Shown here piece after piece: positions 30,418 through 40,580 of a stretch of DNA of 48,499 nt. A program made the translations under genes and the position numbers. This DNA is from Candidatus Poribacteria bacterium (GTDB lineage Bacteria > Poribacteria > WGA-4E > UBA9662). The stretch spans positions 1 through 48,499 of the forward strand of contig JAYZAL010000003.1 of the NCBI GenBank assembly GCA_036339735.1, written 5' to 3'. Below the pieces are notes generated by a model. The model worked only from the letters and a program-made list of their open reading frames with translations. It was not told where the DNA came from and made no database searches. Position 1 is the first letter of the stretch. Every line of letters starts with the position of its first letter.

Positions 30418-31263
30418 TTGAAGAAAGATATGTTCTTGTGCGATCAACAAATTATGCAGTGGCAGACAGATGGTTATCTTTTACTAAAACATGCTATTCC
30501 AAACGTACTGATCGAGGCAGTCAAACAGCAATTTGCTCATATGGTCGATAGCATCATAAGTGAATTACAAGTAGAAGGACTCATTCAACAAGATGGTTCA
30601 GATTTACCTTTTGAAGAACGGCTACATACTGTAGCCGGAAATTATGCCAATCGCTTCGGCCGCTCTTGGCGTCAGCAAGTACTAGGCCAACCGATTTACG
30701 ATTTGTATCGAACCCCAGCTCTAGTGTCTGCTATTAATCAAATTACGGGTGCCGATGTTATAGGCCATCCAGTTTTTAACGCACGCCCTAAGTTGCCAGG
30801 TCAGCAACTGACAGTGGTACCATGGCATCAGGACAGTGGTTACTTTGGTTCCGATAGCGAACAGGCTCTAATCCCCACTGTTTGGATACCTCTGGTACCT
30901 GTCGATTCGACTAATGGTTGTCTGCAGATAGTAATTGGCTCGCATCGCCTAGGCTTACTAACACATCATACTGAAGCAAGAGAAGGCCAGTTTCTAGAAG
31001 TAATGGATCAATTTGTTGACAAGAGTAAAGTTGTAACTTGTCCGATGGAAATCGGGGACGCACTACTCTTCCATAACTTAACCTTACATCGGTCAACAGC
31101 TCACACGAATAACAAGACTATCCGTTGGGCTATTGACATTCGTTATTTACGGGATGGCGATGATGGTGGTAGTGTATATTGGAACGACCCAGAATTTAAA
31201 TGGGTGATATCTAGTCAGACTCAGCCTATTACTTCGTTTGAAAAATGGCTGTCAAAATGGTAA
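30418..31263 (+). CDS. Phytanoyl-CoA dioxygenase (PhyH) family protein
   Basis: PWHQDSGY, VWIPL, NGCLQIVIGSH, GDALLFHNLTLHRS, RWAIDIRY; SD GGAGGT before TTG. Confidence 0.9.
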   Translation: MKKDMFLCDQQIMQWQTDGYLLLKHAIPNVLIEAVKQQFAHMVDSIISELQVEGLIQQDGSDLPFEERLHTVAGNYANRFGRSWRQQVLGQPIYDLYRTPALVSAINQITGADVIGHPVFNARPKLPGQQLTVVPWHQDSGYFGSDSEQALIPTVWIPLVPVDSTNGCLQIVIGSHRLGLLTHHTEAREGQFLEVMDQFVDKSKVVTCPMEIGDALLFHNLTLHRSTAHTNNKTIRWAIDIRYLRDGDDGGSVYWNDPEFKWVISSQTQPITSFEKWLSKW

Positions 31264-31293
31264 TTCTTTCTCATAACCATAAAGAGTACTAAG

Positions 31294-32124
31294 ATGAAAA
31301 AGATAACTGACCATCTAGTAGAATATAGAGAAAATGGGTTTACGGTCTTTCCTGGTTTGTTTTCTGAGAACCAGATGCAAGAATGGCGCAAAAAACATAC
31401 TGAACTAATGTCAGACTATGATCAACGAACATGGTTTGGAAATATGCTAGAGTATGCTCCTAAGCTGATGTGGCCGGCAGTTAGCCACCCCATCTTGCTT
31501 GATTTTTTACAACAAGTGATGGGTCCTTTTGTTCAGCTAGATAACTTGACTTTAGCTGCGTTTCCTTCAATTACTGAGGATAATGCCAATGGGGTTGTGT
31601 CTGGCTGGCATCGTGATCGATGGGCTCATTTGCCACAGGAAGGAGTCTATACAACACCGCTGGCTTCTAATGCGATTAGTTACTTACAGGATTTAACAGA
31701 CGATTTTGGTCCACTACGGGTGATCATCGGCTCTCATCGTAAACCTATTACGATTGAGGAAGGTGAAAGTCGTCGCCGACCACACCCTGATGAAACTCTA
31801 ATACATATGAAGGCGGGCGATGTGATAGTTACCCACAATGGACTGATTCACTCAGGCTCACCAAATACTTCTGGTCAATTACGTTACTTTTTCAGTATAT
31901 ATTATAACTCGTGTTGGCTCAAGCATACGGATAATCATAATGGTCCCCTAACGCAACAACTACTAGCAGCCGCTCAGGAATGCAACAATTATCGGCACAT
32001 GCGTCTTTTAGGAGATGACCCGCAGATGCAAAGTCGCTGCAATTCTGGTTTTTTACTAGCAGACGAATCGCAATGGCAGAAGTGGATTGAGGCGGATTAT
32101 CAGGCACTAAAAACTAATAATTGA
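31294..32124 (+). CDS. Phytanoyl-CoA dioxygenase (PhyH) family protein
   Basis: GWHRD, YLQD, GPLRVIIGSH, AGDVIVTHNGLIHSG. Confidence 0.88.
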   Translation: MKKITDHLVEYRENGFTVFPGLFSENQMQEWRKKHTELMSDYDQRTWFGNMLEYAPKLMWPAVSHPILLDFLQQVMGPFVQLDNLTLAAFPSITEDNANGVVSGWHRDRWAHLPQEGVYTTPLASNAISYLQDLTDDFGPLRVIIGSHRKPITIEEGESRRRPHPDETLIHMKAGDVIVTHNGLIHSGSPNTSGQLRYFFSIYYNSCWLKHTDNHNGPLTQQLLAAAQECNNYRHMRLLGDDPQMQSRCNSGFLLADESQWQKWIEADYQALKTNN

Positions 32125-32159
32125 CGTTCTAATTTCAATGACTAACTGAAGGTTGGGTT

Positions 32160-33155
32160 ATGCGAAAGACGATCGGTATATTTACTCTTTTAATTGCAAT
32201 TTTTTTACTGACTGGATTACTAGAATCTAATTTCTTCAGCAAAAAATCGTATTTTTTTGACGGCGGAAACATCTTTAATATGGCCAAATGGACGGGTTTA
32301 TTTGGAATTCTTGCCGTTGGTGTTTGTTTTGTAATTATAACAGGTGGCATTGATTTATCAATTGGCTCTCTGATTGGCTTAACGGGTGCTTTATTTCCAC
32401 TTCTTTTGGTAGGAAAAGGTCTGCCGATTTTTACTGGCTTTGCAATTGTTCTTACATTGGCTATGACAATTGGATTAGTCCACGGGCTACTTATTACCAA
32501 ATTAAAGCTACAACCATTTATTGTTACCTTGTGTGGCCTTTTTATTTATCGTGGTATAGCCCGCTACATGACGGGTGAAATGAATCAAGGATTTGGTAAT
32601 AGCTTTGGCAATCTACGTCAGTTGGTTAAATTTAAAGTCTTTGGCTTTATGCCAATGCCATTTATGAATTTAATCATTATTGGTATTATTGCTGCTGTAT
32701 TTCTGAATTGTACAACTTATGGACGCTATTTGCTAGCTCTAGGAAGAAACGAAAGTGCGGCTCGTTATAGTGGCATTAATACTGATCGTATGGTAATAGT
32801 TGCTTACATTATCTGTTCTCTGTTAGCTGGTGTTGGTGGCATTCTATTTGCCTTAGAGCAAAATTCAGTGCAGCCATCTACCTTTGGTAATTTTTATGAA
32901 CTTTATGCTATTGCTGGTGCAGTTTTAGGTGGATGTAGCCTACGTGGGGGAGAAGGTGCAATTTTGGGAGTAATTTGTGGGGCAGCAATGCTGGAGGTTA
33001 TTCGTAATGCTGTCATATTTTTGAATGTGAAGACCGAATCCGAGTTTACCGTTATCGGTTTTGTCATTTTAATCGGGGTAACGGTAGACGAATTGGTTAG
33101 GCGCTTTTCTGAACGACAAATTAATATGCGCCACCAAAAAGAAATTGGTACTTAA
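32160..33155 (+). CDS. Monosaccharide ABC transporter permease (RbsC-like)
   Basis: GGIDLSIGS, PFIVTL, YGRYLLALGRNESAARYSGI, YELYAIAGAVLGG...GGEG. Confidence 0.92.
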   Translation: MRKTIGIFTLLIAIFLLTGLLESNFFSKKSYFFDGGNIFNMAKWTGLFGILAVGVCFVIITGGIDLSIGSLIGLTGALFPLLLVGKGLPIFTGFAIVLTLAMTIGLVHGLLITKLKLQPFIVTLCGLFIYRGIARYMTGEMNQGFGNSFGNLRQLVKFKVFGFMPMPFMNLIIIGIIAAVFLNCTTYGRYLLALGRNESAARYSGINTDRMVIVAYIICSLLAGVGGILFALEQNSVQPSTFGNFYELYAIAGAVLGGCSLRGGEGAILGVICGAAMLEVIRNAVIFLNVKTESEFTVIGFVILIGVTVDELVRRFSERQINMRHQKEIGT

Positions 33156-33158
33156 AGC

Positions 33159-34910
33159 ATGATTAAACATAGCTATTTCAATCTTTCCCGTACGTCAAAA
33201 CTATCACACACCTTCGAAAAGATAAAATTAAGCTTACTTTTAATAAAAATCGTTATTGTACCGATAGCGATCGGTCAAGAGACGCCAAATTTCTTGGATA
33301 TCACAGAACTTTCCGGTATTACTTTCAAACACAATAGCGGCTCATTTGGCCAAAAATACCTCCCGGAAACTATGGGACCAGGCTGCGCTTTTATTGACTA
33401 TAATAATGATGGAAGACAAGATATTTTGTTGGCTAACGGTAAAGATTGGCCGAATCATGAAACCAGTCGTCGACAAACTATGGCTCTTTATCGGAATGAA
33501 GGAGACCTAGATGGAAATGGTGTCCCAGAGTTTTCAGATCAAACTTCTGCGGCCAAGTTGGACGAGTCGAATTATGGCTTGGGTTTAGCGGTAGCAGACT
33601 ATGATAATGATGGAGATGATGATTTTTACTTGAGTTGTTTGGCAAACGACCGACTGTTTCAGAATCAAGGAGATGGAACATTCATTGATAAAACGGAGAC
33701 TGCAGGCATCTACAACCCTGGTTTTGGTACCAGTTGTGCTTGGTTCGACTATGATGGGAACGGTGATCTAGATCTTTTCGTTGCTAATTATGTGGATTGG
33801 TCTATCGAATCTGATCTCTTTTGTACATTGGATGGCACACATAAATCCTACTGTACACCAGAGTCGTATGATGGACAATCGAGTAGGCTATTCCGGAATC
33901 GAGGAGACGGTACCTTTTCTGACATCAGTCGAATCGCTCGTATTGAGGATCAAGTTAGTAAGTCTCTTGGTGTGTGTATATTCGATTGTAATTCTGACGG
34001 GTTACCTGATATTTTTGAAGCAAACGATACTCAACCCAACAAACTGTACCAAAATAACGGGGATGGAACATTTATCGAGCAAGGAATGATCTACGGCGTG
34101 GCCTTTAGCGAGGATGGTAAGGCTACTGGTGCAATGGGAGTTGATGCCGGCGATTATGATGGGTCAGGTCGTGAAGGTTTAGTCGTTGGGAATTTTTCAA
34201 ACGAGATGATTAATCTATACCATAATGAAGGTGGTTTTTTTATTGATGATGCGCCTGTAGCTAATGTAGGAAGTAGTAGTTTGTTGACCTTAACTTTTGG
34301 ATGTTTTTTCTTCGATTTTGATCTTGATGGTCGGCTGGATATCTTCGCTGCTAACGGTCATTTAGAGGACGAAATTAATACAGTACAAAGTGAAGTAACC
34401 TACGCTCAGCGACCACATCTATTCCGGAATACTGGTAATAGCTCCTTTCTGGATGTTGTAACTGATGCTGGTGAAGATTTACAGAAGCCAATTGTTGGCC
34501 GCGGTGCAGCTTACGGTGACATTGACAATGATGGGGATTGGGATTTGCTGGTCACGACCTGTGAAGGGCCGGCCTATTTATATCGTAACGACACCATCAT
34601 AAATACAGAGGTACTTTCTAATCGTTCGTGGATCAAGATTAAACTAGTTGGAAACCAATCCAACCGAAATGGTATTGGAGCTAAAGTTACTGTTAAAACG
34701 GCCGGGGGCCAGCAAACCAGAACACTACGTTCTGGTGCAAGCTACTGTTCGCAGAGTGAGTTGTCAATTATATTTGGGTTAGGGACGAGTAAAACGATAG
34801 AGCAACTAACAGTGGATTGGCCACTATCAGTGGCAAACAAAAAACGTCATCAGACTCTATTAAGTAATATTAAGGTCAATCAACATCTAACGATTCGAGA
34901 AAGTAATTAA
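33159..34910 (+). CDS. CRTAC1 family protein (FG-GAP repeats plus ASPIC/UnbV domain)
   Basis: Multiple DYDNDGxxD repeats, RGAAYGDIDNDGDWDL, SNRNGIGAKV, SYCSQ, FGLG, VDWP. Confidence 0.9.
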   Translation: MIKHSYFNLSRTSKLSHTFEKIKLSLLLIKIVIVPIAIGQETPNFLDITELSGITFKHNSGSFGQKYLPETMGPGCAFIDYNNDGRQDILLANGKDWPNHETSRRQTMALYRNEGDLDGNGVPEFSDQTSAAKLDESNYGLGLAVADYDNDGDDDFYLSCLANDRLFQNQGDGTFIDKTETAGIYNPGFGTSCAWFDYDGNGDLDLFVANYVDWSIESDLFCTLDGTHKSYCTPESYDGQSSRLFRNRGDGTFSDISRIARIEDQVSKSLGVCIFDCNSDGLPDIFEANDTQPNKLYQNNGDGTFIEQGMIYGVAFSEDGKATGAMGVDAGDYDGSGREGLVVGNFSNEMINLYHNEGGFFIDDAPVANVGSSSLLTLTFGCFFFDFDLDGRLDIFAANGHLEDEINTVQSEVTYAQRPHLFRNTGNSSFLDVVTDAGEDLQKPIVGRGAAYGDIDNDGDWDLLVTTCEGPAYLYRNDTIINTEVLSNRSWIKIKLVGNQSNRNGIGAKVTVKTAGGQQTRTLRSGASYCSQSELSIIFGLGTSKTIEQLTVDWPLSVANKKRHQTLLSNIKVNQHLTIRESN

Positions 34911-34955
34911 AATTTACCATTAAAAAATAATAGTTTTGAGGAGGTTTATAAAAAC

Positions 34956-35675
34956 GTGGAAATTCGTAACCAACTGGGCGAGAAATTAGATTACACATTA
35001 ACCGAATACCCTGATTCTCCATTTACCGTTATCATTGGGCATGGAGTTACTGGTAATAAGGATCGACCTTTTCTTGTTGCTTTAGCTGAGGCACTGGATT
35101 TGGCCAAAATTACTAATCTGAGATTTTCCTTTGCAGGTAATGGCAATTCTGAAGGCGATTTTGCATCTGCAACAATCAGTAAAGAGGTCGAAGATTTAGG
35201 TGCTGTTTTGGATAAGTTCAGTAGTCAAACAGTTTGTTATATTGGGCACAGTATGGGAGGCGCTGTAGGTTTGTTACGAGCTAGTCAAGACAAACGAATT
35301 CGGCTTTTGGTATCGCTAGCTGGAATGGTGCGTACCAAGAAATTTGCCGAAACTGAATTCGGGCAAGAAATACCAGATCAAGGCTTCATGTGGGATGAAC
35401 CCAGTTGTCCCTTATCCCAAGATTATATGGACGATCTGTGCAACATAAACACTCTGGAAAATATAGCCAATCAGATCTGTATTCCTTGGTTACTAGTACA
35501 CGGTACTGCAGATGATGTTGTTTTGATGGACGATTCAGAAACGGTTTTTGACAATGCAAATAATCCCAAGAAACTGGTTGTAATTAACGATGCTGACCAC
35601 GTGTTCAGTGGTTCAGCACAATCTCAGATGATCGACACCGTAGTCAACTGGATTATTGAGCAGAAATCGAATTAG
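34956..35675 (+). CDS. Alpha/beta hydrolase
   Basis: HG oxyanion loop, GHSMG nucleophile elbow, HGTADDVV, ADHVF catalytic His; SD GAGGAGGT. Confidence 0.9.
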   Translation: MEIRNQLGEKLDYTLTEYPDSPFTVIIGHGVTGNKDRPFLVALAEALDLAKITNLRFSFAGNGNSEGDFASATISKEVEDLGAVLDKFSSQTVCYIGHSMGGAVGLLRASQDKRIRLLVSLAGMVRTKKFAETEFGQEIPDQGFMWDEPSCPLSQDYMDDLCNINTLENIANQICIPWLLVHGTADDVVLMDDSETVFDNANNPKKLVVINDADHVFSGSAQSQMIDTVVNWIIEQKSN

Positions 35676-35764
35676 AATATCAAGGAGCAAATAATCCAGC
35701 ACTTTTTACTTAGCAACTCTAGTAACTCGTCATCAAGATGAATTAACTAAACATACGTAAAAAA

Positions 35765-37207
35765 TCACATTAATTTAGCCAATAGCTCGAGACAGGTCAT
35801 ACCATTAGTCAACTGATGGTAAAATGGGATCAGTTGATCAACAAAATGTCGGTTCTGGCTCAAATTGACTGTTGTCGTAGCTCCAGGTGAGGACCAAAGA
35901 TCAGTATTAGACAGAATTGACTCTAACCGTCGACTAGTATCGTTTTGTCCGAAAGCTCCTGACAAGGCTTGCTGAATTACTCGGTTAGGGTCAGAGATAG
36001 GGTAATTTTCTCCCGTGTCAGTTTGACCCAAATAGGTGTCTCCTTGTTTTGTAACTGGTGTTAAAAAGCGTAGTACAGTAGCAAACGAATAAGCAAATGC
36101 TAAATGAAATTGGCTAGAAGATTTTGTATAGTTGGGAGAAATAACTATATCCGCAGCTCGTTCTCTCAATTTAACTGTTTCATTGACATTAATACGAGCA
36201 TTAGTATCCTCGATACGCCGAATACGATGTACAAAATCCATTGTGTATTCAAGTGCTGATCGTCCTGGAATCGGAATGTCCTTAGAGACTAGTTCGGCAT
36301 ATCCGGTCATCAATGCTTCTAAGTGCGGAGAAAACTTGGGATGATTGGCAGCTTCGTTGACGGTTTCAATCCCAGACAAAAATGCCTTGTGGGTAATACC
36401 TGGTACGTGAACCGAATTTACTAAAAGTAATTTCCAGTCGTGAAAGGAATCAATAGGTTCAGAGGTGACAATTACTCCCAGTGACTCTAGTTCATCAAAA
36501 GGTACACGCAAACGCTTATTTGTATCTTGCAATACAAGAGATACAACCGGTAATGATTCGGTATAGGTAATCAGGTCATCTTGTTGGCCTATTTGATCAA
36601 TAGCAGCTTTTTGAGTTTGATTCGGTACTATAGAAGATTGTGGTACAATTCGATCCCCCATTTGGTCTAGAAAATCGACCTGATTTTCCAGCCAATGAGC
36701 AAAATCAGGTGTTGGCGCTTGGTAATCATTAAGTATTATGTCCCGAAGGACTTGGCCGTTGTGGCGAATATTATCGGTATTCATAACGGAAATTGAACTA
36801 TCGGATCCATGGTGTTCATGATAACGTACGAGTGTTTGGTGTAAAACATCCATAGCAATTTCGCCTTTTCCAATACCAGCTTCCGTCACGCCGACAAGAA
36901 TTAGATCGAGGGGGTTTTCCACCTGTTTCAGGAACAGTTCTCTTCCTTTTTCAGTCGAAAGGGTTGTCGCCCCGACTACACTCTCTACCTTTTTGATCTC
37001 TGTGATTTCATTTAGGTCAAAGACAACCAAATTGTAAATGCCATTTTGTTGATTGAATGCTTCGGCTTTGTCTGTCCCACGTGGCTGGCCAACGTAAATC
37101 CCCCCGTGGTAACGGTTGTTTTTATTTAGATAATCGATAAACTCATGAGTCAAAGCCCGTTGCAAACCACCAGCGCCAATGGCCAAAACTTTTATAGGGT
37201 AACGCAT
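35765..37207 (-). CDS. Mannitol dehydrogenase family protein (tagaturonate/altronate reductase-like, divergent)
   Basis: IGAGGLQRA Rossmann motif, TEAGI, DRIVP, KLLLVNSVH (cf. KLRxLNGxH). Confidence 0.75.
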   Translation of the reverse strand: MRYPIKVLAIGAGGLQRALTHEFIDYLNKNNRYHGGIYVGQPRGTDKAEAFNQQNGIYNLVVFDLNEITEIKKVESVVGATTLSTEKGRELFLKQVENPLDLILVGVTEAGIGKGEIAMDVLHQTLVRYHEHHGSDSSISVMNTDNIRHNGQVLRDIILNDYQAPTPDFAHWLENQVDFLDQMGDRIVPQSSIVPNQTQKAAIDQIGQQDDLITYTESLPVVSLVLQDTNKRLRVPFDELESLGVIVTSEPIDSFHDWKLLLVNSVHVPGITHKAFLSGIETVNEAANHPKFSPHLEALMTGYAELVSKDIPIPGRSALEYTMDFVHRIRRIEDTNARINVNETVKLRERAADIVISPNYTKSSSQFHLAFAYSFATVLRFLTPVTKQGDTYLGQTDTGENYPISDPNRVIQQALSGAFGQNDTSRRLESILSNTDLWSSPGATTTVNLSQNRHFVDQLIPFYHQLTNGMTCLELLAKLM

Positions 37208-38120
37208 TATATTTTCTTTTTTACCTGCTAATAGATTCTTTTCTCTGTACTGAAAAAATTCGTTTCTCCAATTTTTTTTACAAACTTATAATACTTGCTC
37301 ATTGATTAAAGAAAACAGAGAGTTTCTGAGGACTAACATTTTGGGTTACGCGATCTGTATATCCATCCCTTCTCGTAACGATAGATCAACAGACGCAAGA
37401 GTGGAAGAGTAACTCTGAATCTTGATTTTGTCAAAGTTAGTATTATATTAACGATAAGGCTTCTTATTGGTACCATTCGTTCTATCTACTAGTATTTTTT
37501 AATTCTTGACTTCATCAAATTAAATATGGCTAAAGTCAAAAATTGATCGGCGAAGGTTATAGCTGATGCTACCAATTCACCTGATAATTTTTCCAATCAA
37601 TACTTGATTTGCTGCACTGACTTATAGTATCAACTGTTGAAAAATCGGAAAGTCACAAAATTGATATGGACTTAGTTACCAAGGCCTATTGCAATCGCCT
37701 TGTTACAGATTCTACATGTTAGAATAAAGAAGAGATATTCGTGAATCTCTCTGGGTAAAAATACATTATTGTCTTATTTGGGAAACAATCTAGTTTACAT
37801 TGTTCATCCATCAGGCACAATTCAAACTTGGTAGAACTCGAGAGTAAAATCATTTTTGGCTCCAACACATATCTAGAATTTCTATTGAATGGTTCTCCTT
37901 GCTGAACGCACTCTGGAGAACAAAATCTTACTGACAACCTAGGTTAGTTAATCACCTTCTAAAATCCTCTATACCACCTTGGGTGGAGGTTGTCAGTATC
38001 TCGTGGGAGCCAATTACGAGTGCAAAAACAAAAATGAGCAACATACTCGGATCGAATAGTGATGCGTCATCTGCCATACAAGCGTCCGAGGAAGATAAAC
38101 GAGCGAACTATCTTTAGTAA

Positions 38121-38846
38121 ATGATACCTGATAAAAGAACAGCATTAATTTTTTTGAATGGGTTTTACGATACTCGTCAACTCCCTTTTTATCGAAAAGC
38201 AATTCAATCTGCAATTACAAATGGGTATTTGATCGTTTGTGCCGATGGAGGCCTTCATATTTTTGAATGTTTGAACAGAACTTTCGGACTAGACTTGTGG
38301 CCTACATACTTGATTGGCGATTTGGATTCGGTCAATTCAAACCTTTACTCAAAAGCAAGTACTAGTATCAAAACCGTCTCAGATTGGATCGGGCATACTG
38401 ATAAGGATAGTACTGATGGACAACTCGCAGTTGAATTAGCCCTGAGGGAGTTCGACTTCAATTACCTCTGTATCTATGGATCTTTACCCCATAGATATGA
38501 AACTGACCACTTTTTGGCGAATCTAAAACTGTTAAGACTCGCAAACAAGATCAGACCGGATGTACAAGTAGTTTTGAATGACCCTCAACAAGCCATTTAT
38601 CGCCTACGGTCCAAGCTGACGATCAGGCGCCATACCAGTGATTCGACTGAACAAATTTCATTGATAGCACACGACAAGAATGTTAAGGTCCGCTATTCCC
38701 AAGGATTACGTTGGAACTTAAATGGGTTATGGATTGATCCAGACAAGCCGACTGCAGTCCGAAATGAATTTCAATCAGACGCAGAGGAAGTTATCATTGA
38801 ACTTGAAGTTTCTTCAGATCCCGTTTGGGTGATTCATAACTTTTGA
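38121..38846 (+). CDS. thiN: Thiamine diphosphokinase
   Basis: CADGG, IGDLDS, KDSTDGQLA, DHFLAN, GLRWNL...NE. Confidence 0.85.
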   Translation: MIPDKRTALIFLNGFYDTRQLPFYRKAIQSAITNGYLIVCADGGLHIFECLNRTFGLDLWPTYLIGDLDSVNSNLYSKASTSIKTVSDWIGHTDKDSTDGQLAVELALREFDFNYLCIYGSLPHRYETDHFLANLKLLRLANKIRPDVQVVLNDPQQAIYRLRSKLTIRRHTSDSTEQISLIAHDKNVKVRYSQGLRWNLNGLWIDPDKPTAVRNEFQSDAEEVIIELEVSSDPVWVIHNF

Positions 38847-38892
38847 GTTTCTTTATTTCAGACTTTAGTCTTTCTGAATTCTTATGTATCAA

Positions 38893-39996
38893 TCATTCAT
38901 AAAGAATCATGCCGCGGATATTTTTACCAGCATTTAGATCATCAAAAGCTTGGTTGACTTGGTCCAATGAGTACGTTTGGGTAATTAACTCACTCAACTT
39001 GATTTTACCTTGATCATACCAATCTAAAATACGTTGCATATCAAGACGCAAGTTTGCTGATCCATAAAAAGAGCCAACTAATCGTTTCTCGCTTCGTACT
39101 AGATCTTGAGCTGGAATCTGAATATTAGCCGAAGGCTCTGCAATTCCAATTACCACTGTCATGCCACCTGGGCGAGTCACTTGGTAAGCTAAGTGGGTAG
39201 TTTCTGGTTGGCCAATTACTTCAAAAGCATAATCAACGCCCTTTCCATCTGTCAATTCTGTCATGATTTCTTTCGGGTGGGTGCGAGAAGCATTAATGAT
39301 ATCTGTAGCACCGAATTGTTGAGCGTAATCTAACTTCTTTTGCACTAAATCAATGGCAAAGATGCGTTCGGCTCCGGCTATCCTTGCTCCTTGAATCACG
39401 TTCAGCCCAACACCACCAACGCCAATTACAGCAACCCATTCACCAGATTCTACTTGAGCTGTGTTGATGACTGCTCCTATACCTGTAGTTACACCACACC
39501 CAACTAGGGCCGCTTTTTCTAGAGAGTAATCTGAAGAGATCTTAATTAGACTATTTTCTGAAACAACAGCATAATTGGACATGGTTCCAATTCGAGCCAT
39601 CTGTGGAATTGACTGCCCACTCCTATTAGTAAATCGACAAGTATTATCTAAAAGGAAACCACTGTTAGCCAAAATTCCCTCGCATAGAACGACTCGATCA
39701 GACTGACACATTCGGCATAAACCACAATAAGTTACAAAAGATAAAATGGCGTGGTCTCCCGGTTTGACATAGGTTACTCCTTGCCCTACAGCCTCAATTA
39801 CTCCTGCCCCTTCATGACCTAGAACAATAGGCAGATCGTAACGGATTGTACCTTTCACAACCGACCAGTCAGATTGGCAAATACCACTAGCACCCATTCG
39901 GACAAGAACTTCGCCATCTTTTGGGGGTGCCAAATTTAGATCTTCGACGACAACGGCTCCACCATACTCATATACAACTGCCGACCTACACTTCAT
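38893..39996 (-). CDS. Zn-dependent alcohol dehydrogenase (class III-like)
   Basis: GICQSD, LGHEGAG, CGLCRMC...C structural zinc site, GCGVTTG, GVGGVG. Confidence 0.93.
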   Translation of the reverse strand: MKCRSAVVYEYGGAVVVEDLNLAPPKDGEVLVRMGASGICQSDWSVVKGTIRYDLPIVLGHEGAGVIEAVGQGVTYVKPGDHAILSFVTYCGLCRMCQSDRVVLCEGILANSGFLLDNTCRFTNRSGQSIPQMARIGTMSNYAVVSENSLIKISSDYSLEKAALVGCGVTTGIGAVINTAQVESGEWVAVIGVGGVGLNVIQGARIAGAERIFAIDLVQKKLDYAQQFGATDIINASRTHPKEIMTELTDGKGVDYAFEVIGQPETTHLAYQVTRPGGMTVVIGIAEPSANIQIPAQDLVRSEKRLVGSFYGSANLRLDMQRILDWYDQGKIKLSELITQTYSLDQVNQAFDDLNAGKNIRGMILYE

Positions 39997-40580
39997 TTCT
40001 CACTCCCGTTATTTGTATTAATTTATCCTATTTCCCACTTTCTGAGAAAAATTACATACAGAATCTCCGAATTCGACTCCAAGATAGCATATATTTATGC
40101 CTGATTTTTACAAAATTTAAAGCGAAAAACTCTAATCTCCTTTTATTCAGCTCAAACAAAAATCAGTGAGGTTAATATAAACGGACTCTGAAACGTCTTC
40201 TATATTAGTTCAGGAATCTAAAAATTAACCTAGGAAATATTTACTGATTAGCTGTCGACGTTAATCAGTTGATGTAGGTTTTTGGGTGAGCTTAATATAG
40301 CACAGTCAATTCTAAAGAAACTCTATTTTTTTGATACTGAACGAATGATATAATAGTTGCTGAGTGTTAATATTTTTTTCGAATTCTCAAATATTATCGT
40401 ACGATGTCAGATAGATTAATCATTAAATAGGATAATGTAATCTGGATTTTCAGTTGTCGTAAACGTTGGTTGATTTCATTCCGTTGATTTCTAGTAGGCA
40501 TCGAAAGTAACACTCTGGTAGTTAATGTTGTTTCGGTGACCAAACCAGAGGCCAATCAAAAGTGCTAACAAGGGTTATTT

